A stretch of DNA of 64,000 bases, from the NCBI GenBank assembly GCA_005801425.1, contig SYDY01000027.1, positions 8,444 through 72,443 on the forward strand, given 5' to 3'. The notes below the pieces were generated by a model, which made no database searches, was not told the DNA's origin, and saw nothing but the letters and a program-made list of their open reading frames with translations. The stretch's first letter is position 1. Each line of letters opens with the position of its first letter. Made by a program: the position numbers and the translations under genes. Shown piece after piece: positions 28,683-37,961 of the stretch. This DNA is from Bdellovibrionales bacterium (GTDB lineage: Bacteria > Myxococcota > XYA12-FULL-58-9 > SYDY01).

Positions 28683-28768
28683 CCCGCGAGAATTGGTGCG
28701 GCAGGGGAGACTCGAACTCCCACGATATTTCTACCGCCAGCCCCTCAAGCTGGTGCGTCTACCATTCC
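28683..28768 (-). tRNA. tRNA-Leu (anticodon GAG), class II with a long variable arm
   Basis: The reverse complement reads GCGGCAG-TG-GCGG-AATGGTAGA-CGC-A-CCAGC-TTGAGGG-GCTGG-(15-nt variable arm)-GGGAG-TTCGAGT-CTCCC-CTGCCGC-A-CCA. Acceptor, anticodon and T stems are complementary, and the TTCGAGT T-loop and encoded CCA are present. Confidence 0.85.
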
Positions 28769-28893
28769 GCCACTGCCGCGGCTGTGCTTACTGCTGATAC
28801 CAGAGCACACCGCCGAGTACCAACCTGCTTACAGGTTGTCAACGGGGACAAAAGAGTCGTATGCAAGGATTTATTTGATGCACGGAGGAACCC

Positions 28894-29181
28894 ATGGCCA
28901 CGATGATTACGGAAGAATGCATTAATTGCGGCGCTTGTGAGCCGGAATGCCCCAACGAGGCCATCAGCGAAGGTGAGGACATTTTTATTATCGATCCCGA
29001 TCGTTGCACCGAATGTGTCGGTCATTTCGATACCGAGCAATGCGCTGCGGTATGTCCGGTCAATTGCTGTGTCACCGATCCCAACAACGAAGAAGCCGAG
29101 GCCCCTTTGCTCGCCCGCGCCAAGGTGGTTCATCCCTTGAAGATTTTTCCCGCCGATTATCCCTCGCGGTTTCGTCAGTAA
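28894..29181 (+). CDS. 2x[4Fe-4S] ferredoxin (YfhL-like)
   Basis: 95 aa with CINCGACEPECP and CTECVGH...C...CP cluster motifs. Confidence 0.8.
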   Translation: MATMITEECINCGACEPECPNEAISEGEDIFIIDPDRCTECVGHFDTEQCAAVCPVNCCVTDPNNEEAEAPLLARAKVVHPLKIFPADYPSRFRQ

Positions 29182-29954
29182 GGGTCTGCGAAAGTCTTAA
29201 ACGCACGTGCCAGTGATACTTTTCGATCATCTTTGAGAAAACTGTTGATGGTTTTTCCGTCAATGGCTGTCGCCTGATCGGGATTGCGTAAGTTGAACGT
29301 GGCGCGTGCGATCCCTGCCGCAAAAAAGCCAATGCATGTGACGGTTCCGTCGGCATCCACTTTTTCGACGATGGCGACCTGGGCAGGAATATCGGATGCT
29401 TTGCCAGTATTAAGAAAAACAAGGTCGCCGATTTTGGGATGTTCGCGGTGCAATTGTCGATTGCGATCTACCGATCGGTACAACACTTCCATGCCTTTGA
29501 TGTGATCACGTCGATAAACTGCAGGATGGATGATCTCCATATGGGCGCTCCAAAATGCTGCGCGCACCAAGCCGATGGGATCGGATTCAAATTTATAGCC
29601 GCGCACAAGCAGCGGTTGGCCCGATAAGAACTTTTTGGCTGCAGCAACCACGTGACTGCGTTTGCCCTGATTGGTGTCTTCTGACTTGTGATGTAGGGTA
29701 TCCGATGTGGAGAAGCTGATCACTTGAAGCAAGGCAGGCGCCCTTGGGCCTGTTGTGCAGGAAACACAGAAAAATATTATAATGGAATTAAAAAGAGCGG
29801 TTCGCTTTTTACGATCTGTTTTTCTCTTGTAGGGGCGCTTCGCGAAGCGCCCGTGCGGTTTTTGATTCAAAGTTTTATCGGGCGGCTCACGAGCCGCCCC
29901 TACTGGCAAGGCAATTTTGAATGGGGACCTCAATATAACCGCCTCGATGCGCAT
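29175..29954 (-). CDS. Hypothetical exported protein, distantly NlpC/P60-like (no catalytic Cys seen)
   Basis: 259-aa ORF starting at the ATG at 29954. The first ~30 codons read through palindromic element 29829-29903 (…GAAREPP…RFAKRPYKRK), followed by a hydrophobic segment ALFNSIIIFFCVSC. The family assignment is weak. Confidence 0.4.
   Translation of the reverse strand: MRIEAVILRSPFKIALPVGAAREPPDKTLNQKPHGRFAKRPYKRKTDRKKRTALFNSIIIFFCVSCTTGPRAPALLQVISFSTSDTLHHKSEDTNQGKRSHVVAAAKKFLSGQPLLVRGYKFESDPIGLVRAAFWSAHMEIIHPAVYRRDHIKGMEVLYRSVDRNRQLHREHPKIGDLVFLNTGKASDIPAQVAIVEKVDADGTVTCIGFFAAGIARATFNLRNPDQATAIDGKTINSFLKDDRKVSLARAFKTFADPY
29829..29903. repeat. Composite palindromic REP/MITE-like element, near-identical to the 8910-8985 copy
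   Basis: GTAGGGGCGCTTCGCGAAGCGCCC-GTGCGG-TTTTGATTCAA-AGTTTTATCG-GGCGGCTCACGAGCCGCCCCTAC. Located inside the 5' region of ORF 29175..29954. Confidence 0.85.
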
Positions 29955-29996
29955 ACCCTATCCTGATCAAATCGATGGCATGCGGCAAGAAAAATA

Positions 29997-32813
29997 TTAT
30001 TGTCTGCCTGTTTTCATACGAATGATGCCCGCCGCGGGATCAACGACCGGGAGTGCAAACTTGCGCAGGTGTGTTTGAGGTATTTCTGGAAACACAGAGG
30101 CCACAAGCTGTTTGATGTGTGCGGCACTTGTGGCCAATGCACGAGGCATGCATGAAAGCTTCCTAAAATCACTGCCTAAAGCCTGTTCAGGGCTTATTTG
30201 ATGCACCGCAGCAGTCACAGTGCCTGCTGCCAGCGCACGCATCCATAAGGCTGCGCCAACAGTTCTTGCCATGTTCTCGGGGTCTTTCAAGGCTTCGATG
30301 TCCGCTTTTAGCTTGATGAGACCACGACCCTCTACAGGAAGTGCATTGACCGCATCGAGTACAGAATTGACGATCATAGAGATATCACCATCACCCAAAA
30401 CCAGTGCATCCAAGGCTTCTGGTGTTAGCAATTGAGGTGATGTTGTTTTGATAGGGATGTTTTCCCCTATGCGTTCTTCATTGAGAACATCGGATGTTGT
30501 AAAATATTGGTGCACGTTGGTTAAAGCAACTTGAATGACGGCGATTCTTTCGATCAAGTTCCTGGCTGATACAAGTTGGGCTTGATGAACGCCATCCGGC
30601 AAAGGCGCCGTCGTGTTGTAAATAGCGCGTTGTAGGGATTTTACCGGACTTTGGGAGACGAGCAAATCGTCGAACATGGACGCATGGGTGTCGACCAATA
30701 AAGTGACGCATCCTTTTAATTGATCAGCCATCTGTAAAAATTTCTTGGTGATGGCGTACGCTGCTTTTCCATCGGCATTTGACGCTTCAAGGAATGCAGT
30801 CGGATCGTCGGTGCGAAGCGCTGCAAGCAAGCGTTCGCGATAATTATGTTTGATGGCCCATGGGATTTCGCGAATGTATTTTTCCATGGCAGGTGCCATG
30901 GATGGGGGAAAGCATGGATTGCGGATGATGGCGTGCGCAAGTACTTGAAGTGTATCCTCACCAGGAAAAAATCCATAAGGAAGAACTGCTTCGCATGCAT
31001 AACGAAGTGCTTTTTGTTGTTCTGAAGTCAATGGATTTTTAAGTGACTTCATGATCAATGCGGCTTGATTGATCACGTTTTCCAGAAGGGTCTCTCGTTC
31101 GAGATCCCAAAAAGCCCGTTGGGCGTTAATGATCACATGCGCGTCGTAGACGAGTACTTCAGGAAGTGCATCAATCTCACAATTTTTTCGTTCTACGATC
31201 CAGTCAACGATGCCCGCTTCGATAAGTTTTTTAGAACCATGGGCTTCGTGAAGCTCCGAAGCGCTTGTGCCATAGAGATTCGGATTGGATGTGATGGGTT
31301 TGAGCCATTCAAATGTACGTCTAGGATCGAGGCGCTTTATGGCCTTGCGCTCACGCTTAATCGTTATTTGTTGGACATCAAGCCGCTTTGTTTGTGATGT
31401 TACTGCTTCTCCTGCGAAGATAAGCGCTTCGTTCTGATGGCGCGTACGAATGCGATCGACTTCCACACGAATGCTCATGTTTTTGAGATGAACAGCAAGA
31501 AGACGCATTCTTTTGTCAAGGATACGCATGCCCACACAAATAGCGGCTTGAGGTGATAACTGTTTCCACTCTTCTCGATGGGTTCGTTTTTTCCATTCAA
31601 AATGCACCACATCTTCGGAGGATGCCACGCGATTGAGGAGTGTCATGGCAGCTTCAAGCATGGCAATCACGCGCTCAGGTTGAACGATATCATCTTCGTC
31701 ATGAAGCGATGCAATGATCAGTGTTTGTTCTACTTCAGCTTTCCATTTTTTTGCGCCCTCGACATCTCGGCTACTTTCGATGGGGCACAGGCGGAGCAAT
31801 TGTTCTTTGCAACTGGTTAACATGTCCAGTGTTCGCGTGAAATCCAATGACCCCCGATTCAGCATATCGGTTGCGAAATGTTGCCAATACGTATCCGCCG
31901 CCTGTTGTCCTTCGGGGGTTAGCCATGCGGGTGTGACTTCAAAATTAGGGTGGGCTGACACTTGATGTTCAACCCAATGGGCATTGTGTTCGGCCCAGGG
32001 TGGAAGTTGTTCGTACAGGGCATTTTCGAGCAAAACGATGGATTGTGGCCCTTCAGGAGAAGCGAGAAGCTGGCGTCGTATTTTTTCTTGAAGTTGAATC
32101 AAATTTTCGCGGCGTGGCGTTGCATCTTCAGAAAGGTCGTGCGTCAGACCTGACAGCATGCGTGTGACATCGATATATGTTTTGATCAATGCAGGGATGT
32201 GAGGTTCTTTATTTTCTTGAATGATTTTGGCTTGCAGCGGTTCTTGTTTGAAACACGTGAGATATGTATCCCAGCGCGCTTGCCAAGCTTGAGCAAGTAT
32301 GTCGATTTCTGCTTGGGGAAGATTGTGGGCAAGTGCGTCTTGAAAATTTTCAAACGCCTCGAGCATGACACATGCAGAATGTACGGAAGGGTTCTTCAAT
32401 AATTCTGAAGGTCTTTCGGAAGCATGGGATGGAAAGAAACGGCCCGTTCCCACGAGGTAGGCCATATGCAATTCTTGGACTGAAGGATTAAAATTAGGAA
32501 CGACCTGTTGTGCTTTGTGAATGTAGCGTCGACTATGCGCTTGCGTGAGTGGATCTTGCAATTCAAGCGTAAGATCCGAAAATCGTGTTGCGCTTGCTTT
32601 GGCCAGGGAAGGTGCTTGATAGGTAATGTCAGGGGTTAATGTACTTACCGATTGGCTTCGTTTAGGTTTTTTATGGGGATGTTCGTCGTTGGGGTTGAAG
32701 GAATCGTCTTTTGTTTTAAAGTTTCCAACAATCTTCATCCGCATTGCCCTTCTTCGATCCGCATGACGCATCAATTTGAAGTCTTGCACGTGGGCTATCT
32801 TTATCTTCGACAA
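29997..32813 (-). CDS. Large hypothetical protein (938 aa), no recognisable domain
   Basis: Long uninterrupted ORF, predicted mostly alpha-helical. Local GC (~46-48%) is lower than the flanks. No signal peptide was seen. Confidence 0.5.
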   Translation of the reverse strand: MSKIKIAHVQDFKLMRHADRRRAMRMKIVGNFKTKDDSFNPNDEHPHKKPKRSQSVSTLTPDITYQAPSLAKASATRFSDLTLELQDPLTQAHSRRYIHKAQQVVPNFNPSVQELHMAYLVGTGRFFPSHASERPSELLKNPSVHSACVMLEAFENFQDALAHNLPQAEIDILAQAWQARWDTYLTCFKQEPLQAKIIQENKEPHIPALIKTYIDVTRMLSGLTHDLSEDATPRRENLIQLQEKIRRQLLASPEGPQSIVLLENALYEQLPPWAEHNAHWVEHQVSAHPNFEVTPAWLTPEGQQAADTYWQHFATDMLNRGSLDFTRTLDMLTSCKEQLLRLCPIESSRDVEGAKKWKAEVEQTLIIASLHDEDDIVQPERVIAMLEAAMTLLNRVASSEDVVHFEWKKRTHREEWKQLSPQAAICVGMRILDKRMRLLAVHLKNMSIRVEVDRIRTRHQNEALIFAGEAVTSQTKRLDVQQITIKRERKAIKRLDPRRTFEWLKPITSNPNLYGTSASELHEAHGSKKLIEAGIVDWIVERKNCEIDALPEVLVYDAHVIINAQRAFWDLERETLLENVINQAALIMKSLKNPLTSEQQKALRYACEAVLPYGFFPGEDTLQVLAHAIIRNPCFPPSMAPAMEKYIREIPWAIKHNYRERLLAALRTDDPTAFLEASNADGKAAYAITKKFLQMADQLKGCVTLLVDTHASMFDDLLVSQSPVKSLQRAIYNTTAPLPDGVHQAQLVSARNLIERIAVIQVALTNVHQYFTTSDVLNEERIGENIPIKTTSPQLLTPEALDALVLGDGDISMIVNSVLDAVNALPVEGRGLIKLKADIEALKDPENMARTVGAALWMRALAAGTVTAAVHQISPEQALGSDFRKLSCMPRALATSAAHIKQLVASVFPEIPQTHLRKFALPVVDPAAGIIRMKTGRQ

Positions 32814-32833
32814 AATAGTGGAAATAGTTGCGT

Positions 32834-33451
32834 TTAATACGGGTGACCTGTGTCGACGGAATGAAAATGGGTGTGCTCTTGCGCCGTGGGGTCGTCAGGG
32901 CTTGGATGATGGACTGCCACGGGCGTATTTAAGACGCGCAAACGTGGATGTGATCGCATTTGTGTGACAGGACGTGCAGCCACTTGGTAACTGCAATAAG
33001 GCAAAATCTTGGGTGGTTCAAACCACGGCTGAAGAGGGAAATTGCGGCATAAAAATGGACGCCACGTATGAATGCCGCAGCGGTTGTCCGATTTTAAATA
33101 GTTGCATGAAAAGATCACTTCGCCCTGGTTGCCTCGGCCTACCACCTTAAAATTATGAATCGCGCGGTGATAGGCAAGAAAAAGCTCCATGGTGCGGGAT
33201 TTTTGGATCCATTTTGGGGCATGAAAAACGATCTCTTTGCAGCATCGCCCGCATTTGATGCATTCGCCGACCACAGGATAGCGGGGTGGTAAAATGCGCT
33301 GCACGAGTTTGAGCGCACTGACTTCCATGACAGCAAAAGCACGTAAAAAACTATGCAAAATGAATCGACTGATGTTTCCGTGGGTGACAGCTTCCACCAA
33401 TAAGATCAGGATCATCAAACATAGAAGTGTTATTTTGATATGTGTGTTCAT
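32834..33451 (-). CDS. YkgJ/UPF0153 family CxxCxxCC zinc/iron-chelating domain protein with an N-terminal TM anchor
   Basis: Motif ECIKCGRCCK. The start ATG overlaps the stop of the upstream smr-domain gene (ATGA). Confidence 0.6.
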   Translation of the reverse strand: MNTHIKITLLCLMILILLVEAVTHGNISRFILHSFLRAFAVMEVSALKLVQRILPPRYPVVGECIKCGRCCKEIVFHAPKWIQKSRTMELFLAYHRAIHNFKVVGRGNQGEVIFSCNYLKSDNRCGIHTWRPFLCRNFPLQPWFEPPKILPYCSYQVAARPVTQMRSHPRLRVLNTPVAVHHPSPDDPTAQEHTHFHSVDTGHPY

Positions 33452-33999
33452 GGCAGCCTGTCAGATTTTCGCAACAACACGTAAAATGCACCAGGTCCCC
33501 CATCATGACGATTTGCTGTCGTAAAAGCGAGAACCATGTCGCTTAAAGGCGGCTTACTGAGCCATTGGGGAACCGCGTCACGAATGACTGAAATGCCGCC
33601 TGGTGAGCTTTTGCCTCGCCCAGTGATTACCAAAATGCATCGTTCACCTTGTCTGCGCATGCGAACAATAAACGCGTGAAATACAAGTTTGGCTTGTTCA
33701 AGAAGCAATCCGTGTAAATCCATTTGCTGATGATAACGGATATCGCCCCGTGCAAGTGACAACACCAATTGCCGATTTACACCCGGTGCAGCGCCATGCA
33801 GAAAGGGTGTTGCATTGTCTTCGTCAAAGCCGGTTTGAATATCAAAAACGGGCGTGAGTGTTGTTTCTTGTATGGGGGCGCGGCGTGCAATCCGTATTGG
33901 GGTGGAGGGGGGTGATTTTTGTACCCGCCTATCCCGATTGCGCAAAGGCACGACATCGGCAAGCGCGCGCAAAAAATCGTCGTCGTCATCTTGGCCCAT
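33448..33999 (-). CDS. Smr (MutS2-related) domain protein
   Basis: The C-terminal region LHGLLLEQAK...ILVITGRGKSS...ISVIRDAVPQWL matches the Smr domain. Confidence 0.7.
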   Translation of the reverse strand: MGQDDDDDFLRALADVVPLRNRDRRVQKSPPSTPIRIARRAPIQETTLTPVFDIQTGFDEDNATPFLHGAAPGVNRQLVLSLARGDIRYHQQMDLHGLLLEQAKLVFHAFIVRMRRQGERCILVITGRGKSSPGGISVIRDAVPQWLSKPPLSDMVLAFTTANRHDGGPGAFYVLLRKSDRLP

Positions 34000-34011
34000 G
34001 ATGCAATCCTT

Positions 34012-36741
34012 TCAATGCGCTTCTGCCCATGTTCGTCCATGACCAACGTCCACCACGAGGGGGACATGAAGGCGCATGACGTGGCACATGTGATCGCGCA
34101 AAAGCGCTTGAACAGTCTCTGTGTGCTCCACAGGGCATTCGACGACCAACTCATCGTGGACTTGCAAAAGAAGATGGGCATCTAATTTCAAATTCGACAA
34201 GGCTTGATGGACACGGATCATCGCTAATTTGATAAGATCGGCGGCGCTACCTTGCAAGGGCGTATTCATGGCAATGCGTTCGGCCCCGCGTCGTACATTC
34301 ATATTGCGACTGTTTAAATCGGGCAAATAACGGCGTCTACCGCTGATGGTGCTGACAAAACCAGCATGCCGACCCTCTTCAATGGTTTTATCTAGAAAGG
34401 TTCGGATCCCAGGATAACGTGCAAAATAACGTTGGATATATGCAGAAGCTTCAGCCCGTCCAATATGAAGCTGTTTGGCCAAGCCAAATTCACTGAGGCC
34501 ATAGAGAATACCAAAATTAATGGCTTTGGCGCGTCTTCGTGCTTCTGCATCGGGTGGTGCGCCGCCTGTGAGAATTTCTTGCGCGGTTCGGCGGTGAATA
34601 TCTTCGCCATTAATAAACGCATCGCGAAAACTTTGATCATCACAAAGATGCGCAAGAATGCGCAATTCAATTTGTGAATAATCGGCAGAAACCAATACAT
34701 AACCTTCATCCGCGACAAACGCTTTTCGGATGCGTAAACCATCTTCCGTGCGAATGGGGATATTTTGCAAATTGGGATCGGAGCTTGAAAGTCTGCCAGT
34801 GGCAGTGCCGGTCTGGCGGTAGCTTGTGTGTACACGACCTGTACGTGGATTAAGCATTTTAGGAAGTGAGTCGACGTAGGTGGAGCATAATTTGGCCAGC
34901 ATACGATGTTCGATGATCCATCCTGCCAAGGGATAGGTTTCGGCAAGTTGTTCGAGCACTTCTTGATCGGTGCTAAAGCCTGTTTTTGTCTTTTTGAGGG
35001 CTGGATAGCCAAGCTCAACAAATAAAAGTTCGGCAAGTTGTTTGGGGCTTGCAAGATTGATTTCGTGACCCACTTCACGCACGATCCGTTGCTCAACTTC
35101 TGTCATTCTTCCACTAAATTCCACGGACAATGCTGCAAGTGCATCGAGATCAACCCGGATCCCCTTGGTTTCCATGGCGGCCAATACAGGAATAAGCGGA
35201 AGCTCTATATTGCGATACACATCGTCCAACGGTGTGCCCTGCAGTTTGGCAGAAAAATGCTGGCAGAGTTGCAGCGCAATATCGGCATCTTCTGCCGCGT
35301 AGGCTGTGGCTTCATCGACGGGAACCTGATCAAAGCCCACTTTGCCCTCGGGTCGTGTTGTCACATCTTCATAGGTGATCGTTTTGTAGCCAAGTGCTTG
35401 GTGTGCGAGGCTGTCCATGCTGAAGGATGCACGTGTGGGATCGAGCACGTAGGCAGCAAGCATCGAATCATCACGAATGCCTGCCAGTTGTATGCCGTGA
35501 TTGAGAAGCACCATCATGTCGTATTTCAGATTTTGTCCCAGCTTGCCGATCTTCGGATTTTCAAAAATCGGTTTCATCGCATGTAAAACATCTTCGTTGC
35601 TCAGATGCAGTGGCACTTTCTCGTCGTGATGCCCGGTTGGAATATAGCATGCATCATCGCTTGTCGTTGCCAATGAAAATCCGACAATATGTGCCTCGGT
35701 GGTATCAAGCGAAGTTGTTTCGAGATCGACACTCACAAAACCAACTTTTTGTATGCGTGCGATGATTGTGTTGAGATCGTTGATCGTAAGTATCGTTTTA
35801 TAATTGCGCTCAGGAATTGGCAAAGTCGTTTGGGTTTGGAATAAATCCTGTTGATTGGGAGGCGCTGGTTTAACAGGGTTCGAACGATGAAGATCACGGA
35901 GCAGCGATGAAGCTTCGATGCGTTCTAGAAAGGGTGCGAGGCGTGCTTCTTCTGGATGGCTGTAGCGCAGGGCATCAAGATCAAGCGCCACGGGGACGTG
36001 GCTATCCAAAGTGACCAGTCGCATGGACAATCGTGCACTTTCGATATGATCAATTACCGATTGTTCGGCTGCTTTGCGTTTTTGCACGCTTTGAAGTCCG
36101 CGGTAAACCGCTTCAATATCGCCATACGTATTGATTAATTTGGCAGCCGTTTTCACACCCACTTTGGGCACGCCCGGAATATTGTCGCTGGTGTCACCGG
36201 CCATGGCTTGAACTTGCGTGACGAGATTTGGGGGAACACCAAATTTTTCAATCACATCGGCATCGCTCATGTCTTTGTCTTTCATGGGATCAAAGAGCGC
36301 GATGCCTTCTTGCATCAATTGCATGAGATCTTTATCGGAACTTACAACCACAACCTGGTGTCCAGCCGCATGGGCTTTTTGTGCCAGAGTCGCAATGATA
36401 TCATCGGCTTCGTAGCCAGGGTTATACAGTACCGGAATGCCCATGGCCTCAACCAATTCACGGATCAATGCAAATTGGGGAACAAGATCTTCAGGCGGTT
36501 CTTCGCGATTGGCTTTGTATTCGGCATAAATGTTTTTTCTAAAATTTTCTCGTGAATCAAATGCAATGCCCAAATAATGGGGTGATCTGTCTTTGATCAA
36601 TTTGAGCAACATGCGCGCGGTGCCTATGACCGCGTTGGTGGGGGTACCATCGCGTGTGGATAACGGGCGTATGGCATAATAGGCACGAAAAATGAAACCG
36701 CTACCATCAACAAGGTACACTTTTTCTTCAGACAAACTCAT
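34012..36741 (-). CDS. polA: DNA polymerase I
   Basis: 909 aa with 5'-3' exonuclease, 3'-5' exonuclease and polymerase domains (…RRRAKAINFGILYGLS…, …LLQVHDELVVE…). Confidence 0.95.
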   Translation of the reverse strand: MSLSEEKVYLVDGSGFIFRAYYAIRPLSTRDGTPTNAVIGTARMLLKLIKDRSPHYLGIAFDSRENFRKNIYAEYKANREEPPEDLVPQFALIRELVEAMGIPVLYNPGYEADDIIATLAQKAHAAGHQVVVVSSDKDLMQLMQEGIALFDPMKDKDMSDADVIEKFGVPPNLVTQVQAMAGDTSDNIPGVPKVGVKTAAKLINTYGDIEAVYRGLQSVQKRKAAEQSVIDHIESARLSMRLVTLDSHVPVALDLDALRYSHPEEARLAPFLERIEASSLLRDLHRSNPVKPAPPNQQDLFQTQTTLPIPERNYKTILTINDLNTIIARIQKVGFVSVDLETTSLDTTEAHIVGFSLATTSDDACYIPTGHHDEKVPLHLSNEDVLHAMKPIFENPKIGKLGQNLKYDMMVLLNHGIQLAGIRDDSMLAAYVLDPTRASFSMDSLAHQALGYKTITYEDVTTRPEGKVGFDQVPVDEATAYAAEDADIALQLCQHFSAKLQGTPLDDVYRNIELPLIPVLAAMETKGIRVDLDALAALSVEFSGRMTEVEQRIVREVGHEINLASPKQLAELLFVELGYPALKKTKTGFSTDQEVLEQLAETYPLAGWIIEHRMLAKLCSTYVDSLPKMLNPRTGRVHTSYRQTGTATGRLSSSDPNLQNIPIRTEDGLRIRKAFVADEGYVLVSADYSQIELRILAHLCDDQSFRDAFINGEDIHRRTAQEILTGGAPPDAEARRRAKAINFGILYGLSEFGLAKQLHIGRAEASAYIQRYFARYPGIRTFLDKTIEEGRHAGFVSTISGRRRYLPDLNSRNMNVRRGAERIAMNTPLQGSAADLIKLAMIRVHQALSNLKLDAHLLLQVHDELVVECPVEHTETVQALLRDHMCHVMRLHVPLVVDVGHGRTWAEAH

Positions 36742-37961
36742 GGTTTTGGAATCGTTTCATCGTAAATTTTTAGACCGCGAATGGCCGTTGAATAGTAGGC
36801 GATCACAAGACGACCTTGGCTGTCTGCAGCCATGGCAAGATATTTCCCCACGGGGCCTTCGGTGTCGATGACGGTATGCGTCCATACGCCGCTCGCATAG
36901 CGCAAAAGATCAAACGTTTCGTGGTCGGGCCGCCTCGGGGTGATATGCTCAAAGGCAATGGCCAAATCACCGTTGGGCAATTGCGCTTGTGCCATATTGC
37001 CGACGCCCTTAAACACGCGCTGATCATGCCATGTTCCGGTGCTGTCTTGTTCTGCAACACGGATATTGATGGGGAGACCGGCTGTGTACGTCACACGCGG
37101 CAATTGACCGACCCAGCTTAATTGACTGTGCCAACCATGGGAATGATCTTCTCCGATGCGTTCTTGTTTGAGTGCATTGAGTGGGCCATGGGCCACGTAA
37201 AGTTCGGTGTCTCGGGCATTCCAATCCACAAAAGAGATCCACCATTGATCGCCCTGTTGCTGTACATCGATGCGGGCAGAATATCCGCCGGTGGCGTCAA
37301 ATAGGATGGTTTTTACCCACTCGCCATCTTTGGGCCCGCGTGTGGCATGGACCAATTTTCCACCGGCTGTGTAATAAAAAACATGCGGACTATTTTGTGC
37401 GTCAAATCGCAATTCCGCACCCATGCCGACTTCATGGCCCCATGCAATCTCTTCGGTTTTCCAAGGTGCAGCTTCGTTGTCGCGCGTTGCGATGCGTAAC
37501 TTTTTCTGATCTTGATCGTGAAATGCGATGGCAAGGTGATTATTTTTGTCGGAAGCGATTGACGTGTATTTGCCTATATTGCCTTGGGTGATGACGTCTT
37601 CAACAACCCATGAATCGCCATGTTTTGTGGCGTATTTAAGATCGCCTTGGTGGGCATCGCAAAAGCTGACGTGGGGTCGGTCTTTGGCATCAAAGATAAC
37701 GCTTGGCCACCATCCTGTGTCGCCTTCTTCACCGCCACTTGCAAGGACGCCTAAACTTGCATGCGGTGGATTTTGTTCTTCGACAACAACGATGTTTTTT
37801 GTGCATGCGGTGAGGATAAGCAAAATCACTGCAAGGCATTTATAGGTAGGGGTGGTTCGTGAACCGCCCTTAACAAAATCGTCATTCTCATGAATACGGG
37901 GTTCTGTGAAGAAGGGCGGTTTGCGAACCGCCCCTACAACGCTGCAATTCTTTCTCTTCAC
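36738..37961 (-). CDS. Hypothetical lipoprotein with beta-propeller-like repeats
   Basis: The ATG at 37961 overlaps the holA stop (ATGA). The N-terminus reads through repeat element 37846-37937 (…VGAVRKPP…GGSRTTPTY), then KCLAVILLILTAC (lipobox LTAC). The mature part contains repeated W/D-rich blades. Confidence 0.55.
   Translation of the reverse strand: MKRKNCSVVGAVRKPPFFTEPRIHENDDFVKGGSRTTPTYKCLAVILLILTACTKNIVVVEEQNPPHASLGVLASGGEEGDTGWWPSVIFDAKDRPHVSFCDAHQGDLKYATKHGDSWVVEDVITQGNIGKYTSIASDKNNHLAIAFHDQDQKKLRIATRDNEAAPWKTEEIAWGHEVGMGAELRFDAQNSPHVFYYTAGGKLVHATRGPKDGEWVKTILFDATGGYSARIDVQQQGDQWWISFVDWNARDTELYVAHGPLNALKQERIGEDHSHGWHSQLSWVGQLPRVTYTAGLPINIRVAEQDSTGTWHDQRVFKGVGNMAQAQLPNGDLAIAFEHITPRRPDHETFDLLRYASGVWTHTVIDTEGPVGKYLAMAADSQGRLVIAYYSTAIRGLKIYDETIPKP
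37846..37937. repeat. Composite palindromic REP/MITE-like element embedded in the 5' end of a lipoprotein gene
   Basis: GTAGGGGTGGTTCGTGAACCGCCC, a 44-nt spacer, then GGGCGGTTTGCGAACCGCCCCTAC. Confidence 0.85.
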
